The notes below the pieces were generated by a model. That model saw only the letters and a program-made list of their open reading frames with translations, had not been told where the DNA came from and ran no database searches. From positions 12,958,001 through 13,022,000 of the forward strand of contig NC_043002.1 in assembly GCF_006345805.1 (NCBI RefSeq): 64,000 nucleotides of DNA, given 5' to 3'. Origin of the DNA: Octopus sinensis. Taxonomy: Eukaryota. Position 1 is the first letter of the stretch, and the number at the start of each line of letters is the position of its first letter. Positions 1-14,624 of this stretch are shown here, piece by piece. The translations under genes were made by a program, and so were the position numbers.

Positions 1-360
1 CTCTAGCAATCCCAGTTGTAATTTACAGCTACAATATCCTTAACTGGACACTAAATGAACTAACCAAAACAGACAGGAAAATAAGAAAAATAATGACAGG
101 ATCTGGGATGCACCACCTAAAATCCGACATAGAAAGGCTATATATACAACGTATAGAAGGTGGTAGAGGCCTTATACAGCTGGAAAACGATTATAGAATA
201 ACCCCCATAGGACTGCAAAAATATCTACTTCAGAAGTAAGTAAAGCTAATACAAATAGCCGCAAAATAAAAACTGTTTTCAGTATTTAGGGAAGCTGACA
301 AATACAAAAAATAAATCATACCACCTAACAAATAAGAAAAGAAGCGGAAGAAGAGAAGAA

Positions 361-391
<31 letters not shown>

Positions 392-1386
392 AAGAAGAGA
401 AGAGAAGAAGAAGAAGAAAAGAAGAAGAAAAGAGAAGAAAAAAGAAGAAGAAAAGAAGAAACTACAAAAGCTATAAAACAAATAAGCCAAACTAAAACTA
501 GAACGCAAAAACCATGATAAAACGATGGAAAAAATCCCCTTCATGGTAAATACTGCACTAAACTAAACGCAAAGAAATAGACAAAGAAACATCCCAGCAA
601 TGGTTTGAGAGCTCAGGACTCAAAGCAGAAACGAGGGATTTTTAATTGCAGCACAAGACCAAAGCCTCCCATCAGAAATTACCAAAAACATGTAATGAAA
701 GAAATATTACAAGTAACTGCAGAATATGTGGAGATGGACAAGAAACAATAATCATATTATCTCTGGCTGTCCAGTCCTGTTAAGAAGGAATATATTCACA
801 GACACGAACGGAGTTGGGACTTACATACACTGGAAGCTATGCCAACATTATGGAATAACAACAGAAAAAAGATGGTATATAGGCACACACCAGAAAAGGT
901 CACGGAAAACGAGAAAGCAACCATACTCTGGGATATGCCAATACACACAGGTAGAGAAATTAAGGCCAACAGACCAGATATAGTTGTCAGGAGTCATGAA
1001 AAAAAAAATGCTTTCTAATTGATGTATCAATACCGGCTGATGACAACGTGTCTCTAAAAGAAATGGAGAAACTTTCAAAATATAAAGACCTGGAAATAGA
1101 GGTAACTAGAATATGGAATCTAAAAACAGAAACAATTCATATCATAGTGTGCGCATTAGGTATGATAAAAAAATATTCAGACAAATACATAACAAAAAAC
1201 ACCAGGACTTACAAACACATATAACATACATAAAATGGCACTACTAGGCACTGCACACATCCTACACAGAACACTTTCAATACAGTAACCATCAGAGCAT
1301 CACAACAAATCACAGTACATACCCAAGGCAGACAGGAGCTGCGCTCGGTAGTGAAGTGAAAGCACATTATAAAAATAAAACTACTG
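1..1386 (+). mobile_element. 3' part of an R4/Dong-like non-LTR retrotransposon (RT thumb, CCHC knuckle, restriction-like endonuclease), frameshifted
   Basis: Manual translation across frames gives RLYIQRIEGGRGL, KAETEGFLIAAQDQSL, CRICGDGQETINHIISGC, ILWDMPIHTGREIKANRPDIVV, LIDVSIP, KYKDLEIEV and ALLGTAHIL, with a stop at 1286-1288. A short 3' UTR and a (TAA)n tail follow. Confidence 0.85.
335..462 (+). repeat. (GAA)n-rich microsatellite inside the retrotransposon ORF
   Basis: Visible aagaagaag run. It explains ORF 230..544. Confidence 0.9.
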
Positions 1387-1598
<212 letters not shown>

Positions 1599-2570
1599 GC
1601 CCTGATGCAGTACCAGGCAGTGGCTCTCGTGGTTTCTGATCTTAACTGATTGGAAGTGTTATCATGTACATTGTTTTGTCTTGGTATAAAAGATGGGCTA
1701 CAGCAAATATTCTGCTCAATACCACAGATTTGCTTGTCAGTTGTTTGACCTTAACCAGTTGAACATTTCCATTAGTGGCTGATGATATGTGCATCCCTGA
1801 TCACGAGCAGAAGTAGTGGGGGAGCATCATAGCCATGTGTTGAGAGGGATTCTTTGGGGTTTGAATAATTCACCTCTGGAAACATGGATGGTTCGTTCAA
1901 CATCCTTAAACAATCCTTATTCAGGGACCTTTTGAGCAGGATGGGTTACTCAACCTGAAGAAAATTCTAACTGGGCCCCACCTGCAAGGTCATGCACTGT
2001 TAATCTTGATTTGAGATCACTATGTCGCGCACATATGGTTGTGATGCATATGCCTGGTTTACCCTTATCAGACGAGTAGTCATGATGGGTATACTGGGCT
2101 TCGTATATTTTCACCCCAGTGTCACTTTGATGGTATGCACTGCTCTAATGATGATTCTAAGATTTTTCGACAAGGAACAAACATAGTACCTCCCCGATCA
2201 CAGATTCTGCCTTTCCCCTTTAATAAAGTAAGCTCAGAAATTTTTGATTATCTGATTTCAGTCCTCCCTCTCTTGTACTCGCATTGTTTTTAAAGATACT
2301 CGTAGAGCAAAAACCCTCTCTCACCTCTCTCATTCTCTCTCTCACTCCCCCTCCATCTCTCTCCCTCTTTCTCTCTATCTCACTTCCTCAGACCCCAACA
2401 GACGCGCACATACATCAACACATAGACACACATATACACACTCACACATACATACATACATACATACATATATATGTACATATACATACATACACACATA
2501 CAAACATACATAATACATACATACATACATACATACATACATACATACATACATACATACATACTTTCAG

Positions 2571-2710
2571 ATTTATCGATTAGTATCAATGGTGTTACTT
2601 CGCCAACCACAACTCCAAACTTTGTATTTCCACATTGCTCCAGTCGCTGCCTAAGCTGTATATGGATAATCTTGTGGTGGACTAGCATCTCGTTCAAGAG
2701 CATATTGTGA
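2571..2710 (+). CDS. Weak candidate terminal exon (S/T/P-rich, then hydrophobic C-terminus)
   Basis: ctttcag acceptor at 2570. The phase-1 frame reads DLSISINGVTSPTTTPNFVFPHCSSRCLSCIWIILWWTSISFKSIL*. No homology recognised. Confidence 0.2.
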
Positions 2711-2806
2711 TCTCGGTGACTTATACGCCATGAAAACCGTGCAATCGGCAGACTGAATCCTAAGGCTCGACCCAGGAGGAATTTACTTTGCTTTCTACTC
2801 TATCGT

Positions 2807-3108
2807 GGAGGCGCAATGGCCCAGTGGTTAGAGCAGTGGACTCGCGGTTTCGATTCCCAGATCGGGCGTTGTGTGTGTTATTGAGTAAAAACACCTAAAA
2901 GCTCCACGATCTCCGGCAGGGGTGGTGGCGACCCCTGTTGTACTCTTTCGCCCCAACTTTCTCTCTTTCTTCCTGTTTCTTGAGTAACGCTGCGATGGAC
3001 TGGCGTCCCGTCCAGCTGGCGGGGAGGGAACATATACGCCATAGAAACCGGTAAACCGGGCCCATGAGCCTGGCTAGGCTTGAAAACAGCGCATAAATAA
3101 ATAAATAA
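2807..3108 (+). mobile_element. tRNA-derived SINE, family 1 (GGAGGCGCAATGGCCCAGTGGTTAG head)
   Basis: A-box TGGCCCAGTGG, B-box-like GGTTTCGATTCC and (TAAA)n tail. Homologous copies lie at 10395, 11092, 32057, 37370 and 42640. Confidence 0.85.
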
Positions 3109-3489
3109 TTTATGCTATCTCTGTTTGCTTAAACGTTGGTAACAGCTAACACATCACAGAGGCATTACATCCTCCTGTTGTATGGGTGTGAGGCGTTGTA
3201 TCAAGAAAGTAGGTTATCTCTCATCTACTCGACATGAAAAGAGAGATATTCATCTACTCTGAAGATTTTCCGTTTAGGTTATATCTTAGTGGGCTCGCAT
3301 CAATAAATGACCATCAGCCTCGTTCGATCAATAAGAAATAGCAGCCACAGTTTCAAAAATGAATAGTATCGTTATAAAGTCGGAGGAAGGATACACTAGA
3401 CAATGTTGTCGTAGATATTGTGTCGTAGAAAGTAGAAATGACAGGAAACAGCGTCTACAATTACAATGAAAGGCGCAGCATCATCCATC

Positions 3490-3750
3490 CATCCCTCCAT
3501 TCATTTTCTCTGCTCGCTATCCCTAGCAAGACTGAGTCTATGGATATTATCCAAGAATCTCGTTGATGGCCCAGGGTCAGGTTTCCGGTAGGCTTTATTT
3601 GAAGAAACCAGCAATTATTTTCTGCGATATTCTAATCACATATCCGAAGTATTGTAGCAGCGACCACCTCCCAATGCAGAGCAGTAGCTGCTCGAACTGG
3701 AGCGACTCATGTCATAGACCACCAAAAGCTGCAATAGGAAAAGGAGGGGT
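3490..3750 (-). mobile_element. Degenerate RTE-type LINE 3' fragment
   Basis: The minus strand gives LQYFGYVIRI...KPTGNLTLGHQRDSW, resembling the RTE C-terminus. Confidence 0.35.
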
Positions 3751-5669
3751 GTGATTTTGAAGTTAAATCTGATAGCTAAAGAGACAAAGTATGAATTGGG
3801 GATACATGAAATCTAGAGTTTCAACTGTAGGGACACATTTAATATAATCAGTTCTTCGGAATTGTGTTTTCAAAATGTCTATTTACAGCACAATTAAAAC
3901 TGTTCCCACCACTCAATTCCTAGTTCCACTCCTATTTCACTGCTTCCGCTTTGTCAGTATTATCTGCTGCATTATCCATGGTTATCGCTTCCACAAGCAC
4001 CTACGCGATATTCGCAATAATATCTAAGCACGCTACAAACCTGAGGCAAGACATTTCAATTTGCCTGCTAGGTTCATCTTCAGGTCTCCAGAATCTCTTT
4101 CATACCGTTGAGACGATATCTTCAAGCGTACACAGAAACATTTCGTCTTTAACCTAAGAAACTTCCGCTACTTCCGACATTTATTTCCCTAATCGACTTG
4201 CCATTCTCTAACAACTTTACAATTTCGCAACCACGATAGTATTTTACCTTAAGCTTTTTTTCCTGACTTTAACAGTCTCCTTTTGCGTGTGAAAATAAGT
4301 CACCTTGTTTCTTTAGTTTGCATTCTTATTAATCATGCTAAATATGTGTTTTCTCCTGACCTTTAAGCCCAACTCTAACTAAATTTACGTAACAGAAAAA
4401 TACCTGATTAATTACCTCCCCTTTTTGAACGCTCTCCTAAACTTGTGTTATTCAGATTTTTCTCTCCTTTCTTCTTCACACTGTATTTTCCCACCTAATT
4501 TAAATCCTTATCATATTCTCTTTTTATATCTTCAACTTTACACATAATCTAGTCATTCTTACAATCAGAAAATGTCCCCCCCACTTATAGAATCTGCCCA
4601 AAATGTTTCATGTTCTCTCTGCACTGCAAATTAAATTATTCAGCTTTTCAACTTTTCTGACTCATCAATAATCGAAGGAAACCAGCACTACTCTCTATCT
4701 ATATTTCATGATTTTGTTTAAGAATAGCAGTACTAATAAATGGTTGTTAGGCCTCAATATACTTAAGCTTTGAAGTAAACTACCAGTAGGAGGTGGTGGC
4801 GATCCCTGCTGTACTCTTTCGCCACAACTTGCTCTTGCTTTTTCTTCTGTTGGCCCGTTCGCTTAGCCAGCGAGGTGGCGTCATTTGAAGGCTAAAACAA
4901 TGCAAAGCGCATTGTGACCAGCGATATGTAGCAACATCTGATAGCCTGGTCGGTCATGGTGATCACAGTGATATATACTATATATATATATATTATATAT
5001 GTAGTTTTGAAGTATATTGTTTCAATAAAGGGATATTCCCGGACGAAAATCGCAGCTTAGGGATTTTCAACGATACACATACGTTATGTATATTGTATAA
5101 ATAAAGATTTTACCATAGAGCTGTATCGTTGCATAAGAAATTATATTTTGCTTATGGGATGCCTTTGAAAACCAGGGTGTAAATTATATACTATCTCTGT
5201 ATACTGCTTAATAAGTGAATCGATTATTTTTCAGAAGTGACACCAGTGTGTGATATTGACAAGCCGCATCAACGGAGAAATACGTACCTATCGCTCTCGC
5301 GGTCCCTCCTGTCATAATTTCGTTCCGTCCAGCTCTAAAGTATATTGTGCCTTTTTAACACAATAACAGGGGATTCTTTTGTGGATGAAAATCGCAGCTT
5401 CTAATAATTCAGCTGCACACAAACATTAAGTATTGTATATTGATATAGGTTGTACATTAGAGCAGCCACCATTGCATAATTCAATATGTACATATAAGCA
5501 TATACATAAATCTGTACATACATATCTACATACATACGTACGTAGAAACATACATATCTACATAAATACATACATACATACATACATGCATATTTAAAAC
5601 ATTTTACTTTACGTCCATCGATGTTTGATATTATATCATCAAAACAATAATAGATAGATAGATAGATAT

Positions 5670-5746
<77 letters not shown>

Positions 5747-6097
5747 TGTTTGCCGTATGTTGTGAGCTAATTTTGAATGTAACATCATGAATGTTAAGTG
5801 AAACAAATGCCCTCAAGCTATTTCCACATACACATACATACATGTATGTGTGTAAAGGAAGGGGAAGAAAATGAAGATTGTGAAGATAATGACTTTATTA
5901 TCAACAACAAATCGAATATCATTGATTTATCCTAATTTTATCTGTACATATAAAAGACAGGATGTTTGTGTGTATGTGTGCGTGCGTGCGTGAACTTAAT
6001 TTATGCAAGTCCACAAATTCGCACGCATGTCGCTCCAATTTTAGAAGGGCATTCGTCATAATCTTAGCTGTATTTTCGTCAACTTATTTTTTCCCAG

Positions 6098-6211
6098 AGG
6101 CATCAGCGAATAGCAGTAAAAATAAATGTCCAACCAAAACTTTTAACAATTTTCCAGTCGGAGAAATCACCATTGTTTGCAAACAGGGGTTAAGTCCCTT
6201 TCTAGCGACGA
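6098..6211 (+). CDS. Candidate isolated internal exon (114 nt, phase 1-1)
   Basis: ttttttcccAG acceptor and A|GTAAGT donor. Only the phase-1 frame is open: EASANSSKNKCPTKTFNNFPVGEITIVCKQGLSPFLAT. No partner exon established. Confidence 0.3.
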
Positions 6212-6289
6212 GTAAGTTTTTAAGATTTCTGTTGTTTTTTTTCCCATCGAGGAAAAAGTGTTTTGTTGATATACGGGCAACACACACAC

Positions 6290-6345
<56 letters not shown>

Positions 6346-6430
6346 ACACACACACACGAACATGTATGCGTACAAAAAACTTGTTTGCAATAGGTGTACG
6401 TACGTACGTGTGTGTATGTGTGTGGTGCCC

Positions 6431-6477
<47 letters not shown>

Positions 6478-6888
6478 TATATATGTATATATATACACCA
6501 ATTTCAACGGATTTCGCCCAAATTTGACGTCGATGTTACTTAGTTTGGTTTGATATAAGAACTTGATTACCTGGTAACTAACTTAATCCCGGGCAAAGCC
6601 GTATCATACTGCTTGTATGTAACACACACACACACACCACACGCATATATATATATATATATATATATATGTATCATTGTGTGTCTGTTTATCCCCCATC
6701 GCTTGATAACCGATGCTGGTTTGTTTACGAATAAGCGCTTGGCTTACAAGGAATGAGTTCTGGGGTCGGCTTAATCGACTAAAGGTGGTGCTCCAGCGTT
6801 GCTCCAACATATCCGCAATCAAATGACTGAAACAAGTAAAAGAATAAAACAATAAAAGAGTAAATATACATATATACATACATACAAA

Positions 6889-6972
<84 letters not shown>

Positions 6973-7824
6973 AATACTGTTAGTTTTGTAGCTTAGCTTA
7001 ATCTAAAAACCAACACTAGCGTCATTGTGAGGTGAAAATTGTATTCGTATTGTTCAGATGTCAAATAGAAGTTGAATACGAAACTGTAGGTAAAGGTGTG
7101 AAAAACGGTGGGACTGCAACGGCTTTAGACAGTGTGTGATGAAAGTTGCAGTAAGAGGGAAATGTTTATGAAGCAATGCCCACTTCTTTACTGTTTACAG
7201 ATGCACACACCGTATGTGTGCGTGTGTTTATATTATATATATATATAATATATATATATATAAATATATAAATATAAATGTATATATATATGTATGTATA
7301 TATTATATACATATATATATATAATATATTATATATATATATATATATATAAATATAAATGTATATATATATGTATGATATATATGTATGTATGTATATA
7401 TATATGTATGTATATATATATATATATATATTGTATGTATATATATATATGTATGTATATATATATGCACATATATGCGTGAATATGTATCGATGTGTTT
7501 ATATATATGCTGCATGTATGTATGTATGTATGTATATAAATGTAATTTGCCATTCCTTCAGGATAAAATGGGAAGTGAATACCCAAGTACAGAGGTGCAG
7601 AAATTTATGTTGAATGTGTGTTTAACCGTCCCTCACGTATGTATGTATATATATATACATGCATGGATATATATGCGTGTGTTTATGTATGTGTATAAAC
7701 ATACATGTATGCATATCTGAGATAGAAATGCAGCAGGGAGCAAGAAAGATCCTAAACGAGAGATCGCCGACGCGTAGAGGTCTGTTGATATTGGGGGGGG
7801 GGGCGTCAGATTTTTGCTCTGTAC

Positions 7825-8297
7825 CACACACACACACACACACACAGACACACACACACAGACACACAGACACACACACACACACAGACACACACAAGAC
7901 ACGCACTCACACAGACACACAGACACACAGACAACACACACACACACACACACACAGACACACATACACACAGACACACACACACACACACAAGACACAC
8001 ACCACACACAGACACACACACACCACACACACCACAGACACACACACAGACACACAGACACACACACACACACACACACAGACACACACACACAGACACA
8101 CAGACCACCACACAACACACCACACACACACACAGACACACCAGACAACACACACATACCACACACAGACACGCCACACTCACACAGACACACAGACACA
8201 CAGACACAGACACACACACAACACACAGACCACACACACACAGAGACACACACACAGACACACACACACAGCACACACACCCAGACACACACACAAG

Positions 8298-8345
<48 letters not shown>
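7825..8345. repeat. Long degenerate (CA)n/(CACACAGA)n tract
   Basis: Direct reading. Source of the His/Thr and Cys/Val pseudo-ORFs. Confidence 0.95.
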
Positions 8346-8394
<49 letters not shown>

Positions 8395-9157
8395 GTTGGG
8401 TGGTCATTTATGTGTATGCATGTATATAAATGCATATATTTCGTCATTTGAATGTGGGGTGACTAAGTGTAAAAGCTCAACCGCATTTGTGTGTCTGCCC
8501 TCTATTTATTCACTATGCAAAGGAGTTAACAAATCGTCCACAGACACAAAGAAGTGTCGTCTAATCACATTCTTTTCATCGCCCCGTAATTCGACATTTA
8601 TTTAACTGGAATCAAATTAAGGGCGTTCACTTAAAAGACCGAGAATTACTATCAGGCTCTTGTTTTGGGGTTTTTGTTTTGTTGTTGTTATGGATCTTCA
8701 ACGTATGAGCGCGAGGAAGTATAACTCGCTCCCTTGTCAATAAAGGATATTGTTATACGGGAAGTTTGAAGAGTGTGATTCTGTTTGCTTGTAAAAGTGT
8801 GAGGATAAAGATAAAGATAATGCGAGTATATACGTGTTTGGATATGTCTGTGTGTATTTGCGTTTTTGTGCGTTTGTGAGTAGGTGTGTACATTTATTGA
8901 CATGTATTTATGTATGTGAGCTACTGTGGTTGAAGGCAAGCGCGTATGTATGGTTATAAGGCTATGTCTGAGAATGTGTTGTCGTGATGATGGTTGGAAT
9001 AAGGTGGTGTGAGTCTGTTCACAGGTTCCAGTGGGTGGGCTTAAAACGAAAGTCTGAATGTTCTGATAGATGTACACACACACACAAACACACACACATA
9101 TATATATATAAGTATATATGTATGCATACACACACACACATACACACACACACACAC

Positions 9158-9205
<48 letters not shown>

Positions 9206-9207
9206 AT

Positions 9208-9380
9208 ATAGGGGAGAATTCACAAAAAAAAAGCAAAAAACGAAGACAGGTAGTGTAGACAACAAACAAATGTATTAGTATAACGCTCGGGAAGTGAAAA
9301 AGTTTGTAACGTTTCGAGCCTACGCTCTTTCAAAGAAAGGAACAAGGAGAGGAATTAAAGAATGTGTAGTGACTAACGAT
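9208..9380 (-). mobile_element. Penelope-like terminal repeat with a decayed hammerhead motif (paralogue of 18790-18965)
   Basis: Shares GAAGACAGGT.GTGTA.A..ACAAA.A.ATGTATTAGTATAACGCTC and GTTTCGAGCCTACGCTCTT with 18790-18965. Confidence 0.55.
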
Positions 9381-9404
9381 GTATATATATATATATATAT
9401 ATAG

Positions 9405-9435
<31 letters not shown>

Positions 9436-9658
9436 GAGAGAGAAGATATATATATATATATATATATTATATAAAAGGGCTTAGTAAAATAAATTACTTT
9501 GCCGCATACTATTTTACTAAGCCCTTTTATTTTACTAAGCCTTTTATTTTACTAAGCCCTTTTATATAATGTAATATTTGAATTCGCCTTAAATGGTCCC
9601 TTTGCATACTGAATACTGGTGAAATTGATTAATTAATTAATTTTACCCTCAATTGTTG

Positions 9659-9725
<67 letters not shown>

Positions 9726-10394
9726 CTATGAACCCTGTTGATCCCTATTTTACCCAGATGTACTTTTCTAGCCATTCCATATTTAAAAAGATGACCTTTT
9801 CCATTTTTGTAATTATATACTATTTGGAATTGTAGAAATAATTATTAAAATATTTTGTGTATTGTAGAAGTATAATTAATTTATTGCAGAAAAATTTAAA
9901 CAACAAAATCTTTTGTAGACCCCAATGGGTCTTATGGATCCCGGTCGAGAATCACAGGTTTAGGAGAAGACACTTTTCCGAGGTGCTACGCAGTGGGACA
10001 GAACCCGAAACCATGTGGTTGAGAAGCATGCTTCTTACCATACAGCCTCGCCAGCGCCTAGACATACACACGCCCTCACACACACACACACACACTCACA
10101 CACACACACACACACACACACACGTGTGTGTGTTTAAAAAGCTGAAACAGAGAAGGCGTACACACTATACAAAACTTCTTTCAAAACGGTTTGTCATTGT
10201 TTAATTAATAACATTTTTTCATCTGATTAATGATTAATGATTTCTAAGTTAAGCTTATTCTTCTAATATTGTGAATTTATCAAGAATTCTCTGAAGAATC
10301 TTGTATAGTTGTGGTTGTGTGGGAAGTACTTTGCTTCCGAACCACATGGTTCCGCGTAACTCTTTGGGCAGTTCTCTTCTACTATAGATTGTTC

Positions 10395-10686
10395 CTTCTC
10401 AAGCCATGCCTGACTCATAATGGGCCGGTTTCCCGGCTTCATTGGCGTATAGGTTCCCCACCTGGACGGGACGCCGGTCCATCGCAGGTAGACTGCAATT
10501 TGCAGGAGGAAAGGATGAGAGAAAGTTGTGGCGAAAGAGTCAGCAGAAATTCACCATTACCTTCTGCTGAAAGTGCATGGAGCTTAGGTGTTTTGCTCAT
10601 CAACACACACATTGCCCGGTCTGAGATTCGAACCCGCGATCCCTCGACCGCGAGTCCGCTGCTCTAACTACTAGTTCATGTGCCTA
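10395..10686 (-). mobile_element. tRNA-derived SINE, family 1
   Basis: Reverse complement of the 2807/32057 type. Confidence 0.75.
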
Positions 10687-10702
10687 AAGATTCGGGCCTA
10701 TA

Positions 10703-10850
10703 TACGAGGGAGTGCTGGAAAGGTTTGGTTGGAGGACCAACATTCCGTGTCTTTTTATAGAGCTTAGAAATATTGAAGGACCACTGCAATAAGTGTGGGA
10801 ATCTGAGAGGGGAATATGTTGAATAAAACCATAATTAACTCAGAAAGAGA
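10703..10850 (+). mobile_element. Internally deleted mariner derivative
   Basis: TA+CGAGGG(A)GTGCTG terminus joined to a C-terminal remnant ending LRGEYVE*. A second copy lies at 28674. Confidence 0.5.
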
Positions 10851-11091
10851 GAAACACGGAAAGATGCCTGTTTAAGTGCAACTCGTGTTATATTTACTGC
10901 TTCCTGTTTAAAAATGTTGTCTCAGAGGCTTAAACACAAGACGCGTATCTTTACAATGCACCTCATAGCATTATATTATTGCAAAAATACGATGCACATC
11001 AGAATACGATCCAATATTGCAGAAATTAGCCTCAGTGAAGTCACTCTTTCTACCAATATTTATTTCTTTATTGCCTACAGATGAGATGAGT

Positions 11092-11403
11092 GGAGGCGCA
11101 ATGGCCCAGTGGTTAGGGCAGCGGACTCGCGGTCGTAGGATCGCGGTTTCGATAGAGATGGTGGTGATCCCTGCTGTACTCTTTCACCACAACTTTCTCT
11201 CACTCTTACTTCCTGTTTCTGTTGTACCTGTATTTCAAAGGGCCGGCCTTGTCACTCTCTGTGTCACTCTGAATATCCCCGAGAATTACGTTAAGGGTCA
11301 CGTGTCTGTGGAGTGCTCAGCCACTTACACGTTAATTTCACGAGCAGGCTGTTCCGTTGATCGGATCAACCGGAACCCTGGTCGTCGTAACCGACGGAGT
11401 GCT
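11092..11403 (+). mobile_element. tRNA-derived SINE, family 1 (variant 3' end)
   Basis: GGAGGCGCAATGGCCCAGTGGTTAGGGCAGCGGACTCGCGG head. Confidence 0.8.
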
Positions 11404-11409
11404 TCTATC

Positions 11410-12520
11410 CACAGATGAGATAAACAAAGGGATTAAGTCGTTTATAACGATCCCTGAGAGTTACTGGTACTTATTTAATTGAGCTCGAAAGGATGAAAGG
11501 CAAAGTCGACCTCGGCGAAATTTGAACTCAGAACATAACGGTAGGAGAAATAGCTATTTCTTTACTACCCACAAACATAGAGGGGACAAACAAGGACAGA
11601 CGAACGGATTAAGTAGATTATATCGACCCCAGTGCGTAACTGGTACTTATTTAATCGACCCCGAAGGGATGAAAGGCAAAGTCGACCTCGGCGGAATTTG
11701 AACTCACAACGTAAAGATAGACGAAATACCTATTTCTTTATTACCCACAAGGGTCTAAACACAGAGGGGACAAACAAGGACAGACATAGGTATTAAGTCG
11801 ATTATATCGACCCCAGTGCGTAACTGGTACTTATTTAATCGACCTTGAAGGGATGAAAGGCAAAGTCGACCTCGGCGGAATTTGAACTCAGAACGTAAAG
11901 ATAGACGAAATACCTATTTCTTTATTACCCACAAGGGGCTAAACATAGAGAGGACAAACATGGACAGACATAGGTATTAAGTCGATTATATCGACCCCAG
12001 TGCGTAACTGGTACTTATTTAATCGACCCCGAAGGGATGAAAGGCAAAGTCGACCTCGGCGGAATTTGAACTCACAACGTAAAGATAGACGAAATACCTA
12101 TTTCTTATTACCCACAAGGGTCTAAACACAGAGGGGACAACAAGGACAGACATAGGTATTAAGTCGATTATATCGACCCCAGTGCGTAACTGGTACTTAT
12201 TTAATCGACCTTGAAGGGATGAAAGGCAAAGTCGACCTCGGCGGAATTTGAACTCAGAACGTAAAGATAGACGAAATACCTATTTCTTTATTACCCACAA
12301 GGGGCTAAACATAGAGAAGACAAACATGGACAGACATAGGTATTAAGTCGATTATATCGACCCCAGTGCGTAACTGGTACTTATTTAATCGACTCCGAAG
12401 CGATGAAAGGCAAAGTCGACCTCGGCGGAATTTGAACTCAGAACATAAAGATAGACGAAATACCACTAAGCAATTCGCCCGGCGTGCTAACGTTTCTGCC
12501 AGATCGCCGCTCTTGGTACA
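11410..12520 (-). repeat. Tandem array of ~6 units (~183 bp) of SINE family 2 (Nin-like domain)
   Basis: GACGAAATACC recurs at ~11723, 11907, 12091, 12273 and 12457. Each unit carries CTTTGCCTTTCATCC.TTCGGGGTCGAT. There is one tRNA-like head, at the right end. Confidence 0.9.
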
Positions 12521-14624
12521 AGGCTATTAACCAGCGAGCAAGTCTCTACGAGTGTACTAGGGCTTCAAGAAATAACAGTCACATCTCTGCCAAATCGTAT
12601 GATTAAGTGTTTGAGAAATATACGTTTTTATCACACAGTCCTTGATACATCATATGTGTATGAAAGACAGAATACTCATTACAGGAGAGCTTTTGAACTC
12701 TGAGTCAAGTCTTAAATCTGGCTAAACAAAAACAGCAACAACATCAACAATCTAGTTTAATGTTCAAATTTACGAGATAACTTTACATTACTGGGATGCG
12801 GCATCCATTTTTGTTTTGCTTTGTTTTGTCATTTGTCACTTAATTTTCTCTTAAGTCAAATCTATTCAGGACTTCTAAGGTTCCATATCATCGTGGTTTG
12901 AATGATTAAGTGAAGTTCATTATTCAAAACCCATAAATTATTCTCTCGTACATTGCCAGAACATATTATTAATCTTTTGTTTTTACCATTAAGCAAGTGC
13001 TACTAAAATAATTCTTTACGACGTTCAAAGATTAGCTAAGCCGATCTTAACATATAATCCCTTAATTTTTTTCCTTAGATATTCAACTAGCTTCTGGGTA
13101 AACTTTCAAGTGATATTTTCAGTTATGACATCAATGTAGTGACACCCCCTTCTTGTCCACCCAATCTTCCCTATCATTGCTATTATAAATGACTTATGTT
13201 ACACTAAGGGGTAAAAACATGGGCACTTTGATACTCCAAAATATATTTGCTAAAAGCTAACAGAACACATTTTCATATCATTGTGTTAGATATCCGGTAT
13301 ACGCAAATGATACAGTATTTAAGTATTTAAAATAGGCATCTATGTATCATACTTAATATATATACACATGGTTGATAGGCCAGTTACTGCTGTATTTGCC
13401 CCGAGATACCACCCCTTATGGAATAATTATGTTAAAAACAAAATAAATGCAAGAGAGAGAGAGAGAGAGAGGAGAGAGAGAATAAGGGAAAGAGAGAGTA
13501 AGGGAAAGAGAGAAAAGGAGAGAGTGACAGACAGACAGACAGAAAGACAGACAAAAATTCTTTCCAGCAGCTTCTAGTGAGATATAAGACACGATGAATT
13601 CTCATCTGAGCATTGACTGGCAGCTATTACGCGCCATTGTAAAGATCCAAAATGGCTGAAATGTATGAGGCGCTCTAGTTGGCTGCTTAGACAAATTTTC
13701 GTCTCTCTCTGATATTCGTTCAGTTTTTAACACAGCACGTTCATAAGATATGTTAACTCAGAACAAATACTGCCGAAACGGGCCTATCGACAACATTTAG
13801 ACATCAAGTAAGATATAAAGACGGTTATGTTATATGGTTTCATCAATTCTAAAATAGCTTTTTGCATTCAGCTTTCATACAGAGCAAGGGGGTGGGCTGG
13901 CAGTTGATCACAGGGGTCGACGAAATAGACATCCCTTCCCACAAACTTACTGGTCTTGACTAATATTTGAAGCCAATATTTTTCAAAGGGGAGGTGGCGA
14001 ACTGGTAGAATTATTAGCATGGTGTGCAAAATGCGTAGTGGTATTTCGTCCGTCCGCACGTCCTGAATACAAATTCCACCGAATTCGACTTCGCCTTTGA
14101 ACCCAACCTTCGGGGTCGATAAGATAAATACCAGTTGAGTACTGGGGTCGATGTAATCGACTTATTACTTTCCCCAAACTTGCTGGCCTTGTGTCAAAAT
14201 TCGAAACCAATATTATTCAAAGGGAAGAACTGGTACAATTGTTAGAACATCGTGAAAAATGCCAAGTGGTATTTTGTCCGTCTGCACGCTCTGAATACAA
14301 AATCCGCCGAGTTCGACTTTGCCTTTCAACTTTCGGGTTCGATAAAATATATAACTGTTGAACACTGATGTCGATTTAATCGCTTTACACCCTCCCCCGA
14401 AATCACTGGCCTTGTATCAAAATTTGAGACCAATATTGGTACAGATAATGATTCAGTATGAAGTTATTGCTCATTATAGTAAAGAAAGTCATAGACACGA
14501 ATATAATCCACCAGCAGTAGCTCAAAATAATCTTCTACCAACATTAAAAAAAATCTAGTTTTTATTTATTCTATTTTTTCTGTAATTTCAGCTTAGAGTT
14601 GCAGCCATGCTGATGCACCGCCGT

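Noticed and set aside
7633-8605. 200-260 aa His/Thr- or Cys/Val-rich ORFs
   Set aside because: They are translations of (CA)n/(TG)n tracts.
11410-12520. CRISPR-like regular repeats
   Set aside because: The units are contiguous SINE copies with no unique spacers, in a eukaryotic context.
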